This document shows, one piece after another, positions 17,804-27,940 of a DNA stretch of 64,000 nt. Source of the stretch: an uncultured delta proteobacterium (GTDB lineage Bacteria; Myxococcota; Myxococcia; Myxococcales; Myxococcaceae); assembly GCA_963713045.1 (NCBI GenBank), contig CAVQKE010000005.1, positions 128,001-192,000 of the forward strand, in the 5' to 3' direction. A model generated the notes under the pieces. The model saw nothing but the letters and a program-made list of their open reading frames with translations. It made no database searches and had not been told where the DNA came from. Numbering within the stretch: the first letter of the stretch is position 1; every line of letters begins with the position of its first letter. A program made the translations under genes and the position numbers.

Positions 17804-18048
17804 GTGAGATGGGAAACGCGGTGTCGTGTGTTCGCAGTTCTCGTTGCTTCGGTGGCTGTGGTTCCTTTGGCAGGCGCCCAAACAAGTACGCCAGTCCCTC
17901 CAGCTGCAGCAACCGTTTCAAACGACGTCACGCAGCTGTTTCACCAATCGACCATCCGTACGCGGGCCCGAATCAGTGTTGCACGGGAGACACACGGAGC
18001 TCATCACCTCGGGAGAAGCTCTACTTCGCAGCCATCGTCGACCGCTAA
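17804..18048 (+). pseudogene. Fragment of a secreted protein, possibly a carbohydrate-porin N-terminus
   Basis: RBS aggagg, signal peptide, then frameshifted PYAGPN motif. Confidence 0.3.
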
Positions 18049-18123
18049 TCCCGTCTCGTGTAATAGGTTGGGGCGCTCTGTGGTCAGGGAGTTTTCCGTC
18101 TTCACCGTACGCGGAGGGGCTGC

Positions 18124-19323
18124 ATGGAAACCTACCCGGCGCTCCTGGTCCTGACGATTGGCGTCATCGCTCCCCTACTCGCCGAGATCCCAATCGGCAT
18201 CCGCATTCCCGCACTGGTACTCGAAATCATTCTAGGAATCGTCATAGGTCCTCACGTTCTTGGACTGGCGACTGTCACGCCCCTTTTGGCGTGGCTTGGA
18301 GGAAACCTAGGCCTGGCCGCGCTGTTCTTCATGGCTGGCCTCGAATTGGACCTCGAGAAAGTCCGCGGGCGCCCACTGTCGCTCGCGGGGCGCGGCTGGG
18401 TGTTCTCGGCGGTGCTGGGGCTTGCGGCGGCCGCACTGCTGCATGCGCTACGACCAGTGCATGCGCCTATGATGGTCGCCCTGGCGCTGACGACGACGGC
18501 GCTGGGTGTACTGTCGCCCGTGCTGCGGGACGAGGGCGAACTCGACACCCAATTTGGGCAGTTAGTGCTCGCCGCAGGCACCGTAGGTGAGTTCGGCCCA
18601 ATCGTCGTCATGTCACTCGTGCTCACGCGCACCCATAGCTCCCTTGTCCAAATCGCACTCATGTTGGTGTTCGTCGCCGTCGCGGTCGGCGCTGCGCTCG
18701 TGGCGCTCGGGTTGCGGCCTCCAAGGTTCGTGGCGCTCCTCTCGCGGCTGATGGAGGCGAGCAGTCAGCTTCCGGTGCGGATTTCCTTGTTCCTGCTCGC
18801 GGCCTTCACCGTGCTCTCAGGAAAGTTTGGGTTCGAGACCGTACCGGGAGCTTTTGCTGCTGGAATGGTTGTGGGGCTGGCAACGCGCGGCAAGTCAGGC
18901 AAGCCGCTCCGCGCGAAAATCGAGGCCGTCTGTTTCGGCTTCCTCGTGCCTTTCTTCTATGTGACTACCGGGATGAAATTCGACCTAACGGCGCTCTTGC
19001 AGAGCACGACGACGATGCTCTTGGTGCCAATATTTCTCATCTTGTTGCTCGTTGTCCGCGGCGTGCCTGTTGTCCTGTACCGCGACGTTCTACCGAAGAG
19101 AGAGCGGCTCCCTTTCGCTCTGCTGTGTGCAACGGGCTTGCCACTGGTGGTCGCCATCGCCGAGCTGGGCGTTCGGACCGGCCAAATGGGGACAGATGTT
19201 GCCGCTGCGCTTGTGGGAGCCGCGATGCTCTCAGTTCTACTGTTTCCGGCAATTGCGGGCGCACTGCAGTCGGGACGCTCGGGACAAGCAAGCGCTCGAG
19301 ACCAGGCGGAGCGACCGATTTGA
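18124..19323 (+). CDS. Cation:proton antiporter (CPA2/Na_H_Exchanger)
   Basis: LEIILGIVIGP, FFMAGLELD, TTALG, GAFAAG and FLVPFFY..GM motifs; about 12 TM helices. Confidence 0.9.
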   Translation: METYPALLVLTIGVIAPLLAEIPIGIRIPALVLEIILGIVIGPHVLGLATVTPLLAWLGGNLGLAALFFMAGLELDLEKVRGRPLSLAGRGWVFSAVLGLAAAALLHALRPVHAPMMVALALTTTALGVLSPVLRDEGELDTQFGQLVLAAGTVGEFGPIVVMSLVLTRTHSSLVQIALMLVFVAVAVGAALVALGLRPPRFVALLSRLMEASSQLPVRISLFLLAAFTVLSGKFGFETVPGAFAAGMVVGLATRGKSGKPLRAKIEAVCFGFLVPFFYVTTGMKFDLTALLQSTTTMLLVPIFLILLLVVRGVPVVLYRDVLPKRERLPFALLCATGLPLVVAIAELGVRTGQMGTDVAAALVGAAMLSVLLFPAIAGALQSGRSGQASARDQAERPI

Positions 19324-19405
19324 GGCCGTGGGCCGCCAGCGGCGCTGCAGCCGGTCCTCGGCCAGTTCGATCGGGTGGCCGCTCGGCTTAGCGCGAAGGA
19401 CGCGC

Positions 19406-21910
19406 CTAGTTGTTCACGTTGGCCATTCGCTGCCGCCAAATCTGGCGGTCATTGTCGCTCAGCTGCTCAGGTTCGACGTTGATCGTCACTTTATTGATCT
19501 TGCCGTTGAAGGCGAAGGGGACCTGATAGTCCTTGTCGTCCACCGGAGTACGCGTGTCGATCCCCACGTCGAAGGTCTCGTCGATGGCCATGAGGAACGG
19601 AATCGTGTGCTCTATCTTCTGATTCGCAACCTCGGTTCCATCCACCTTCAGCCTGCCTGTGCCGCCTTTGCCAAAGCCCGGACCGTCGTATTTGAAGTCG
19701 AATACCAGGCTGTGCTTGCCGGGCTTGAGCGCCGACTTGCCTTCCCAGCGGAAGCGCTTCAGATCGAGCGCGTTGTAGGTGAAGACCGGCTTGCCCTTCA
19801 GGAGGTAGAGGCCGTAGCCGCCGAAGCGGCCGCCGAGGGTAACGATCATCCCGCTGCCTGTGCCCCTTGGCACCTCCACGTCAGCCTTGATGGTGTACGA
19901 GCGGTTCAGGATGCTCGGCGCGTCACTTGCGGGAATTCCCGGCATAACCCCGGAATAGGTGAACGTCGTCCTTCCGGCCGTGGCGCTGGGCCGCGGCGTA
20001 ACGATGCGCGGCAGGATCGAATTGTCGAGGGGGAAGATCTGGTATTTCGATGCCTCCACCACGAACATGTCCTGTAGCTCACGTAGCTTTGCGGGATTTT
20101 TTGCCGAGAGGTCGTCATTTTCCGAGTAGTCGTCGGCGATATTATATAGCTCCCATTTGTAGTCATTGACGTTGGGCAGTTTGGTCGTGCCCAGGAGCCA
20201 CGGTGCAGCGGGCGGCGGCGTCGCGGCAATCCAGCCGTCGTGGTAAAGGGCGCGCATCCCGAACATCTCGAAGTACTGCGTCTTGCGTGTGGACGGGGCA
20301 TTGGCGTTGGCTGGATCCCAGGTATAGGTCATACTCACCCCCTCGATGGGTTTCTGGGCGGCGCCGTTTACCGTCACCGGCGCGGGAATGCCGGTGGCCT
20401 CCAGGATGGTCGGCACGATGTCGATGATGTGATGAAACTGCGTGCGGATCCCGCCCGCATCCTTGATGTGTCCAGGCCATGCCATGACAACGCCCTGGCG
20501 GGTGCCGCCGAAGTAGGAGGCTACCTGCTTGGTCCACTTGAACGGCGTATCGAAGGCCCACGACCAGGCCACCGACATATGCGGGTAGGTCGCGGCGGAA
20601 CCCCAGGCGTCGTAGAGCTTCATTTGGTCCTTGACTGGCACGTCGAGGATGCCGTTGTACGCCGTCATCTGGTTGAACGTGCCGAGCAGCGTTCCCTCGG
20701 CGCTCGTGCCGTTGTCACCGCTGATGTAGATAATCAACGTGTTGTCGAGCTTGCCCATGTCTTCTACTGCCTGGATGACGCGGCCTATCTCGTGGTCGGT
20801 ATAGGCAGCGTAAGCGGCGAACACTTCAGCCTCACGCGCGAAGAGCTTCTTCTGCTCGGCAGGGAGTGTGTCCCACTTCGGCAGGATGTCCGGCCACGGG
20901 GTCAATTTAGTGTTGGCTGGGATGACGCCGAGCCGCTTCTGGTTGGCGAAGATCTGGTTACGTAGCTCGTTCCAGCCCATGTCGAACTTGCCCTTGAACT
21001 TGGCGATCCACTCCTTGGTGGGCTGGTGGGGCGAGTGGGTGCCGCCCGGCACGTAGTAGAGGAAGAAAGGCTTCTCCGGCGCGGCAGCGTTGAGCTGGTT
21101 CAGGTAGTTGATCGCGTCGTCGGCCATGTCGGTAATGAGGTTGTAGCCAGGCTTGCCGATCCAGGGGGTAACCTGGGTGGTGTTGCGGAAGAGAAACGGC
21201 GTCCACTGGTCGCTCTCGCCTCCCATGAAGCCATAGAAATACTGAAAGCCCATGCCCACAGGCCACTGGTCGTAGGGTCCGGCGAGGCTGTATTGGTAAC
21301 TCGGCGTATTGTGATTCTTGCCGAACCACGAGGTGGCGTAGCCGTTTTCCTTTAGAATCTCGCCGATGGTGGCGCTGTTGGGAGGGATGACCGAGTCGTA
21401 GCCCGGATATCCGGTGGACATCTCCGAGATGACGCCGAAGCCCACCGAGTGGTGGTTGCGCCCGGTGATCAGCGCCGCCCGCGTGGGCGAGCAGAGCGCC
21501 GTGGAGTGGAACTGCGTGTAGCGCAGCCCCATCTTGGCGATCCGGTCCATGGTGGGGGTCGGGATCACGCCGCCGAAGGTGCCGGAGACGCCGTAGCCCT
21601 GATCGTCGGTCATGATCAGCAGTACGTTCGGTGCGCCCTTCGGTGGGACAACCGTGGGTGGCCAGTATGGCTTCGAGTCCTGGGCGGTCGGGTTAATCAC
21701 GCCGCCGAACTTGGGTGGTGCAGGCGGTAAGTAGCGGCCATCGATGGTTGACGTGGCACTAGGTGAACCGGGCACACCCGTGGTCTGTTGCACCGAAACC
21801 GGCGGGGCGCCGACATTTGGCTGAGCGCTTTGCTGAGAAAAGGCCGCTGGGGCGGCACAGAGAATTGCGGCTGCAAGAAGTCGACTCTTCATCGCACTCA
21901 CTCTCCTCAT
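19406..21910 (-). CDS. Arylsulfatase (Cys/formylglycine type), secreted; start may be at the second Met
   Basis: PNVLLIMTDD, CSPTRAALITGR, GKNH and GDNG motifs; signal peptide. Confidence 0.93.
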   Translation of the reverse strand: MRRVSAMKSRLLAAAILCAAPAAFSQQSAQPNVGAPPVSVQQTTGVPGSPSATSTIDGRYLPPAPPKFGGVINPTAQDSKPYWPPTVVPPKGAPNVLLIMTDDQGYGVSGTFGGVIPTPTMDRIAKMGLRYTQFHSTALCSPTRAALITGRNHHSVGFGVISEMSTGYPGYDSVIPPNSATIGEILKENGYATSWFGKNHNTPSYQYSLAGPYDQWPVGMGFQYFYGFMGGESDQWTPFLFRNTTQVTPWIGKPGYNLITDMADDAINYLNQLNAAAPEKPFFLYYVPGGTHSPHQPTKEWIAKFKGKFDMGWNELRNQIFANQKRLGVIPANTKLTPWPDILPKWDTLPAEQKKLFAREAEVFAAYAAYTDHEIGRVIQAVEDMGKLDNTLIIYISGDNGTSAEGTLLGTFNQMTAYNGILDVPVKDQMKLYDAWGSAATYPHMSVAWSWAFDTPFKWTKQVASYFGGTRQGVVMAWPGHIKDAGGIRTQFHHIIDIVPTILEATGIPAPVTVNGAAQKPIEGVSMTYTWDPANANAPSTRKTQYFEMFGMRALYHDGWIAATPPPAAPWLLGTTKLPNVNDYKWELYNIADDYSENDDLSAKNPAKLRELQDMFVVEASKYQIFPLDNSILPRIVTPRPSATAGRTTFTYSGVMPGIPASDAPSILNRSYTIKADVEVPRGTGSGMIVTLGGRFGGYGLYLLKGKPVFTYNALDLKRFRWEGKSALKPGKHSLVFDFKYDGPGFGKGGTGRLKVDGTEVANQKIEHTIPFLMAIDETFDVGIDTRTPVDDKDYQVPFAFNGKINKVTINVEPEQLSDNDRQIWRQRMANVNN

Positions 21911-22678
21911 CTACGGGCAGCTCATGATTGAGACTCCGGGCACAAAAGCATCCCGGCAATAGGAAGGAAAGCGCTTCCAGTGTTTGTTAGCACCGATGTT
22001 GCGACGCCAAACCGCGGTTGCGTGTCAAGACCGGGCAATCGCCACGCAGGACCTGTGTCCTCGAAACCTACTGTGACCCGTCGTAGTTCGGCTGTCCTGT
22101 AGTTCCGGCCCCTCCCCCGTCTGTGCGTCTCCCTAACGAGGCTGAGAAAAGCCGCGTTGCCTAAAACCGCCGCAGCGCCTTCGACCACGTCGCGAGGGGA
22201 ATCTGCACCGTGGTGCCCACTTCGATCCCACCAGTAGGTCCGTAGGCGGTCAATTCGAGGACGAGCAAGTCTTCGCTCTTCGTTGGACGCCGCCGCAGCA
22301 CGGAGTGGAGGGGAAGCTCCACGGGCATCCCGCCGAAGTGCTTCTCGAACTGATAACCCTCGCACGTCGCCTGGAAGAATCCGGTGTCCATGGGCGCACG
22401 CTATAGCTTTTCGGAGCAGAAGCAACGCACCTGGGCGGCCGCTAGGCGCGTCGTTCATAGCGAACACTCCATCGACTTAGAAGCCCTAGCCTCAGACCTC
22501 CGCGAGCAGCTCATCGCCGTTCGCCTCCTACTGACTGAGGTCTTTCAGTCGTTCCACGCGGAGGACGGAGTCGCGCAGATTTCTGCCTCGGGCGCCTTGG
22601 CTCGGAATCAGTGGTCGCCAAGAGACCTTCAGGTATGGCCAGCGGACTACGAGCGCGAGTAAAACCCGCCGCTAGGCG

Positions 22679-23617
22679 ATGAGCGCTCACGCGCCACTTT
22701 CGTTCTTCGATTCTCGGATTGCGGACCCGGCGAAACTTGACCCCGAATACGCCAAGGCACGCGGCTGGGACTTGGTTGAGCGGGATTGGACGGAGTTCGG
22801 ACCACTCTGTTCCGATGCAGAACGTAAGTTCTTAACCACGGCTCGCGAGCATTTCTATGGGGCGCGATGGCAGATGCACTGCACTCTGGTTTGCAGCACG
22901 CTCCCTGGCTTCGAAAAGGGTGCCTCTGCAGGACCGGACTTCTTCGTGCAGAGTGGCGGGCGTCGCTGCGGGGTCGAGTGCACGTCGCTCCGAATCACAG
23001 ACGACTATCCTGAGCATCTCCCAACGCCAGGGCGACGGCGCTATGGACAGGTCTTTTTCGTCGGAAAGGCTTACGACGACCACAGGCTCGCGAGGTTGGG
23101 AGACGCGGTCCGGGAGAAGCGAAAAAAGCGAGAGAAACACGTGCGAAAGGGTCTTCTAGGTCCGGATGACCCGTTTGTGATTGCGGTCTGCCTCGGCGAG
23201 CTCTTCCCTTCGATGGAACCTCTGCCCGACGCAGTGCGGGTTTGCTACGGCGCGGGTCCCTTGATGATTGTTCAGCCCATCGCCCCGAAGGGAGAAAAAC
23301 CGATAGCCTCGTACTTGGAACGCCCTGCGCAGCTGTCGGTGAAGAGAAACTCGAACGACCTGGCAAAGAGCAACACTCTCTTTCGCGACACGGAGAACGA
23401 TGGGGTCTCGGGCCTGATCTTCTCGCGCGACTGCCACAATGCTTTTGGCGGCCCGCGAGACGGTAGAGAGATGATTTTCGTCCACAACGTCCGTGCAACG
23501 AACCCAGTCGAGATTGGCACCTTTCGGTTCGGGATAGAATGGGGGGCCGCCGAGGGGCGCGGCGCAGAGGTGAACGACTGGCGGAAGCGGGACGGGCTTC
23601 TCGGAAGTCCTCGCTAG
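22679..23617 (+). CDS. Hypothetical protein with a putative PD-(D/E)xK nuclease fold
   Basis: 312 aa; GPDF-X9-VECTS motif; atypical codon usage. Confidence 0.55.
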   Translation: MSAHAPLSFFDSRIADPAKLDPEYAKARGWDLVERDWTEFGPLCSDAERKFLTTAREHFYGARWQMHCTLVCSTLPGFEKGASAGPDFFVQSGGRRCGVECTSLRITDDYPEHLPTPGRRRYGQVFFVGKAYDDHRLARLGDAVREKRKKREKHVRKGLLGPDDPFVIAVCLGELFPSMEPLPDAVRVCYGAGPLMIVQPIAPKGEKPIASYLERPAQLSVKRNSNDLAKSNTLFRDTENDGVSGLIFSRDCHNAFGGPRDGREMIFVHNVRATNPVEIGTFRFGIEWGAAEGRGAEVNDWRKRDGLLGSPR

Positions 23618-24088
23618 CGTCGATGTAGGGAAGGGCTCAAACCGTCCAATCTCTGACGGCGCAGAGTCCCGTTTTCACCCGCGCCCTGGAGAAATTGCCG
23701 GCCGGGGACTTGGAGCTAGCCGGGGCCTTGGTGCAGTGTTTCTCCGGAAGCACCGACCATGGCTGCGAACCCACCCTGGCCAAAGTCTCAGCGCTGCTAG
23801 CCGAAGGAAATCCCCTGCGCCGAGGCCTCTGTGTCAGAAGTATACTACCGACACGCCCCCTGCTGACCCGGTCACTCCCAGGCGAGCGAGGGGCTCAAGG
23901 GACATTCGAGGTTTTCGACACGCCCACTTCGCACGACCGCTGAGGCAAGAGGCGCGAAGCGGTAGCGGTGGCGGTTGGTGTTGGTGTTGCGGCGACTCCG
24001 GCGCTTGCCGCTATCGAAAGGCGCAGCGTTTATTGTCAGCTCAACAAACTGATTCGAATCAGCACGCTCGGCCGACTGCGTATGTTCC

Positions 24089-24397
24089 TTATGGGAGCTG
24101 CCGAGCAGTCCAATAGCCTGGCCGACGCTTCGCGTGAGCCACCGCCATGACAAGAACCCGGTCTCCCTCGAGTTTGTAGAACACTACGTACGGGAATCTT
24201 GAGAGCCGGAGACGACGCCAGGGCCGAGGGGCCTTCCATACGGGTGCGTGCTCCGGGCGCTCAGTCAGAGACACGAACGCGTGGTCGACGGCTGCAACAA
24301 ACTCCAAGCCCAAACCTGGGCGCCGCGCCTCGTACCAGGCTGCCGTCTCCTCGACCTCCGAGATTGCCTCCGGGTGAACGAGCGGAGGAGAGGTCAC
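24089..24397 (-). CDS. ParE/RelE family toxin
   Basis: HPEA..E.EE...WYE....GLGLEF...RFPYVVFY......VMAVAHAKRRPGYW. Confidence 0.92.
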   Translation of the reverse strand: MTSPPLVHPEAISEVEETAAWYEARRPGLGLEFVAAVDHAFVSLTERPEHAPVWKAPRPWRRLRLSRFPYVVFYKLEGDRVLVMAVAHAKRRPGYWTARQLP

Positions 24398-24621
24398 GAC
24401 TTCTTGAGACGCTCGAGGATGAGGCTACGAACCTCGGCCCACGGACGAGCCTGCTCGAGTCCATGCGCTGCCCGTGCATCCAACTCACGAAGCCAAGCCG
24501 CTTCCCATTCGGGGTCGGCAGCGCCTTCCACGCTGTCGATGAGCTCAGACGCAAGGGCAAGGCGCTCCTCCTCAGGAAGTTCGAGAGCCTCGGAAGCTAT
24601 TTTTCGGACGGAGCGAGCCAT
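24394..24621 (-). CDS. Addiction module antitoxin component (TIGR02574-like)
   Basis: Paralog of 11851-12075; GTGA overlap with the toxin. Confidence 0.87.
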   Translation of the reverse strand: MARSVRKIASEALELPEEERLALASELIDSVEGAADPEWEAAWLRELDARAAHGLEQARPWAEVRSLILERLKKS

Positions 24622-24849
24622 GGCAGGCAAGATTTGCCTCGCCAATCAGTAACACGCGTTGGCCGCGCTTGAGAATGGCTGGAAACGAGTGCCTTCGCCC
24701 CTGTCAGGGCGAGGGCGGCGAGTTTTGGGCCATCCCGTGACTCAAACCGGCCGGTGCTCACTACCTCCGCAAGAGCCAAGACGCATGCAAGACAACTTCG
24801 GCGTCCGTTCGGCGGTGAACCAGACCTCGGCGGTTCACATTTCGCCCGA

Positions 24850-24872
24850 AAATGTGGACGCAAATGTGGACG
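24850..24872. repeat. Direct repeat, putative integrase arm-type sites
   Basis: aaatgtggacg twice with a 12-bp period, about 57 bp from the tRNA 3' end. Confidence 0.6.
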
Positions 24873-24929
24873 GCGGCCGGGGAAAAAACGGGCGACGAAA
24901 AAAGTGTAACAACTACGGGGTTTTCGAAG

Positions 24930-25001
24930 AGCGGGAAAAGGGATTTGAACCCTCGACCCTCGCCTTGGCAAGGCGATGCTCTACCACTGAGCTATTCCCG
25001 C
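24930..25001 (-). tRNA. tRNA-Gly (GCC)
   Basis: GCGGGAA TA GCTC AGTGGTA GAGC A TCGCC TTGCCAA GGCGA GGGTC GAGGG TTCAAAT CCCTT TTCCCGC T cloverleaf; CCA not encoded; downstream of pgsA. Confidence 0.98.
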
Positions 25002-25049
25002 TGGCACTGCTGTGGAGCGCTGACTTGTAGCGGCCGGGTGACAGGGCCG

Positions 25050-25730
25050 TCAAGCGCCCTCTGTCCCTTGCGTTGAGCCGCGCCGCGCGAGCATCTGCCC
25101 GAAGGCGCGGAAGTACCCAACGCCGCTCCAGACGCTGAAGAAGAGCGAGATGTACAGGAGGACTTGCCCCACCGCGTTGTAATTCACGGGGACCGTCCAG
25201 AAGATGAGGTCGAGAGGGTGCGTGTAGTGCACGCAGAGCGCGATGATGCCGGTCAGCTGGAGGCTGGTCTTCCACTTCCCCTCCTGGCCGGCGGCTATCA
25301 CCATCCCCTCGGAGGCGGCGATGGTGCGCAGGCCAGTCACCAGAAACTCGCGGGCGAGAAGAACTATGACCACCCAGGCCGCCACCCGCCCGAGGCGAAC
25401 CAGCATCACCAGCGCCGCCATCACGATGAGTTTGTCAGCCAGAGGGTCGAGAAACTTCCCCAGCACCGTGACGAGATTCATCCGCCGGGCGAGCACGCCG
25501 TCGATGACGTCGGTCACTGCCGCCAAGGTGAAGAGGAAGGCCGCGAGGAAGCTGTCGAGCGGGTCGGCCTTGTAGGTGAGCCAAACGAAGAGAGGAATGA
25601 TGAGAATTCTCCCGAGCGTGAGCATGTTCGGGAGAGTCCAGAGCTCCTTCAGCAGCACGCTCGGATGACGCGCCCCTTGGCGCGCACGGCGCGTGTCGCG
25701 CCGGCGCTGTTTCCGCGTCCGCCGGTCCAC
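25050..25730 (-). CDS. pgsA: CDP-diacylglycerol--glycerol-3-phosphate 3-phosphatidyltransferase
   Basis: LPNMLTLGRI; TDVIDGVLAR....T.LGKFLDPLADK. Confidence 0.95.
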   Translation of the reverse strand: MDRRTRKQRRRDTRRARQGARHPSVLLKELWTLPNMLTLGRILIIPLFVWLTYKADPLDSFLAAFLFTLAAVTDVIDGVLARRMNLVTVLGKFLDPLADKLIVMAALVMLVRLGRVAAWVVIVLLAREFLVTGLRTIAASEGMVIAAGQEGKWKTSLQLTGIIALCVHYTHPLDLIFWTVPVNYNAVGQVLLYISLFFSVWSGVGYFRAFGQMLARRGSTQGTEGA

Positions 25731-25741
25731 GAGGGCGGGGT

Positions 25742-27224
25742 TTAGCCCATTCCGACGCAGAGCAGCGCGAAACCTTCTCCGGTGAGTTCCACCGCGATGG
25801 CCGCGCCACCACGCGGGTGGTCCCAGGGCATCGCCAGGACCCGAGGCGCAATCTGCCCTTGCCAGCCCACCCAGTGCTCAAGCGGCACCGTCACAGCGGC
25901 ATCCGCGCGGACCTCGAGCGAACGCAGCGACCCAGGCAGGCACAACAGCACCTGGCCGACGCCCGCCAAATGGACCAGGTCCAAGTCTGGCGCGACTTCG
26001 GACGGGACGCGCCCATTCTCGAAATTCACCTGTTCCTCGAAGCCAAACACCATCGGCTCACGAAGGTAGGCCCCCTCTTCGCCCAGACTGACAGCCAGGA
26101 AACGCCGGCCGGCGCGGGCCACCCACGCGGCCCCGCTGCCAAGCACGCGCTGCATGCGGTCTGAGCCTTCGCCGAACGGCCTGTCCGTCACGCGTCCACG
26201 AAAGCGTTTGAATTCCGGTCGAAAGTCGAGCGAGCCGGTGAAGCCAATCATTCCGGCCGTGCGGACGATGAGTTCCCCCCGCACCGTAACCAGCACCGAG
26301 TCCTCGTTGACGGCAAAGGGAGACGCTTCCCCCTCGCCGACCATCCGAAGGCTCGCGGCCAGCTGGGAGAGTTCCGCACTGATTGGCGGCAGCGGCTCCG
26401 GGGCTAGCGGCGGCTCCACCTCGGACGACTCGGGGCGTCCAATGCCGGTCGCGGGGGGGCCGCGTCCAGCGGCTCATCGGCGACGGTGGTGGGGGTTTCT
26501 TGGGAAACTTGCTGTTCAAGCACCAGCGGGATGGGCGCCGGAGGGGGCGGGGCCACCGGGGAGACGCCCCGGACTTCATTGGCGCTCAGGCCTTGAACCA
26601 GCATGGCGTCGTACGGCCGAGGCGAAGGCGGCGCAGGAGAAGGGGGCGATTCGGGCGGGGCCGGAGCCGCGGCGGCCACCATGCCGACGAAGGTCTTCGA
26701 GGCAGTCAGCGGCAGCCCTGCCGGACCGGCATTGGGCTGCGGGCGAGGCGCACGGTCCGCCGTGAGGGCGCGCGCCATCTTCTCGGCCATCACGTCCGAG
26801 CCAGCCTGGAGGAAGGCCTCGCGAGCGCGTCCATACTCGCCGGCCTGTGCCAGAGCGAGGCCAAGGTAGTTGTGGGCTTTGGCGTGTTCCGGGGCGAGCT
26901 CCACCGCCCGCTCGAATTCGCGGATGGCGCGCGGCAGCTGTCCGGACTTCAAGTAAACCAGGCCGAGGTTGACCCGCAGGGTGGGGTCGGTCGCGTTGTC
27001 GCGGACGAGGCCTTCGTAAATCTCGGCGGCCCGGTCAAAGTGCCCAAGCTTGAAGTAGGCCAACCCCAAAAGGTTCTGGCCCTTCTCGTTGTCCGGCTGC
27101 AGCTGGTAGGCGGCCTCCAGCTGGGAGCGCGCATCCTCCAGCTGGCCAGCCTGGAGGAGTTCGCCGCCCCGGTAGAGCAGCGTCAGGAAAGCGTCGTCTC
27201 CCCCGTCCCCGGAATCACTGCCAT
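25742..27224 (-). CDS. TPR + AIM24 domain protein (two homopolymer frameshifts, probably sequencing errors)
   Basis: TPR frame and AIM24 frame join into 494 aa from ATG 27224 if +1 base is added at 27200-27204 and at 26453-26459. Confidence 0.78.
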
Positions 27225-27847
27225 GAGGAATGTCCGGCCGAGCTCGAGCTGGCCGAGGCCTGCTCCTGTTCTTTGTACTTGAAGTACAGAGCCACCACCT
27301 TGCGTACGTAGGCTTGCGTTTCTTCGTAAGGCGGCACGTTGTCGTCAAAGCGGTGTACCGCATCCGGGCCGGCGTTGTAGGCGGCAACGATTTTTTCCAT
27401 CTGCCCGCCAAATTCGTTGGCCAGAACGCGCAGGTACCGCACGCCTCCATCGATGTTTTCCTTCACGTCAAAAATGTCGTGCACGTACATATCCCGCGCT
27501 GTGCCCGGCATGAGTTGCATTAGTCCACTGGCGCCTTTGGCCGAGACGGCGTAGCGGTCGTAGTTGCTTTCGGCGTGCACCACAGCGCGGACCAGGGGCA
27601 GCGGGATTCTGTACTTGGCGGACGCTTTGGCCATCCACTCTTCAATCAGAGAGTCCGCGATGATGATGGGGGCCTCGTCCGGTTTCGCTGCGCTGCGCGA
27701 CTGACGGCCGAGCTTGCGCGCCTTGACGCCGGGAGGCGGAACGTTGGTGTACACGATGGTGCCGTCCTTCAGTGTGTACGTGTAGATGGCGCTCGCCGAG
27801 GCAGGGGCGGCCACGGACAGCAGGAGTAGAAGGGCCAAGGGACGCAC
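27215..27847 (-). CDS. Lytic transglycosylase (DUF4124 + SLT)
   Basis: AESNY...AVSAKGASGLMQLMP, AAYNAG, ETQAYV. Confidence 0.93.
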   Translation of the reverse strand: MRPLALLLLLSVAAPASASAIYTYTLKDGTIVYTNVPPPGVKARKLGRQSRSAAKPDEAPIIIADSLIEEWMAKASAKYRIPLPLVRAVVHAESNYDRYAVSAKGASGLMQLMPGTARDMYVHDIFDVKENIDGGVRYLRVLANEFGGQMEKIVAAYNAGPDAVHRFDDNVPPYEETQAYVRKVVALYFKYKEQEQASASSSSAGHSSWQ

Positions 27848-27940
27848 GGAAATCCGGAGTCTCGAACTTATCTCTCCCGCTCGGCCCCCTCAAGAAAGGC
27901 CCTTGTTTCCAGGACTTGTGAAGATTACGAGCTGGATTGC

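Larger units (their letters stand above)
11291..24950. mobile_element. tRNA-Gly-integrated genomic island(s), integrase absent
   Basis: Bounded by a 22-bp direct repeat of the tRNA 3' end; internal second tRNA remnant; TA modules and gene debris; weaker GC3 bias than the core by eye. Confidence 0.8.

Noticed and set aside
22161..22662. Two short divergent ORFs (76 and 92 aa) as real genes
   Set aside because: Overlapping starts, no RBS and no recognisable motifs; probably fragments
23620..24088. Integrase remnant near the tRNA
   Set aside because: No R..HxxR..Y tyrosine-recombinase or serine-recombinase motifs seen in the frames examined, here or at 24622-24929
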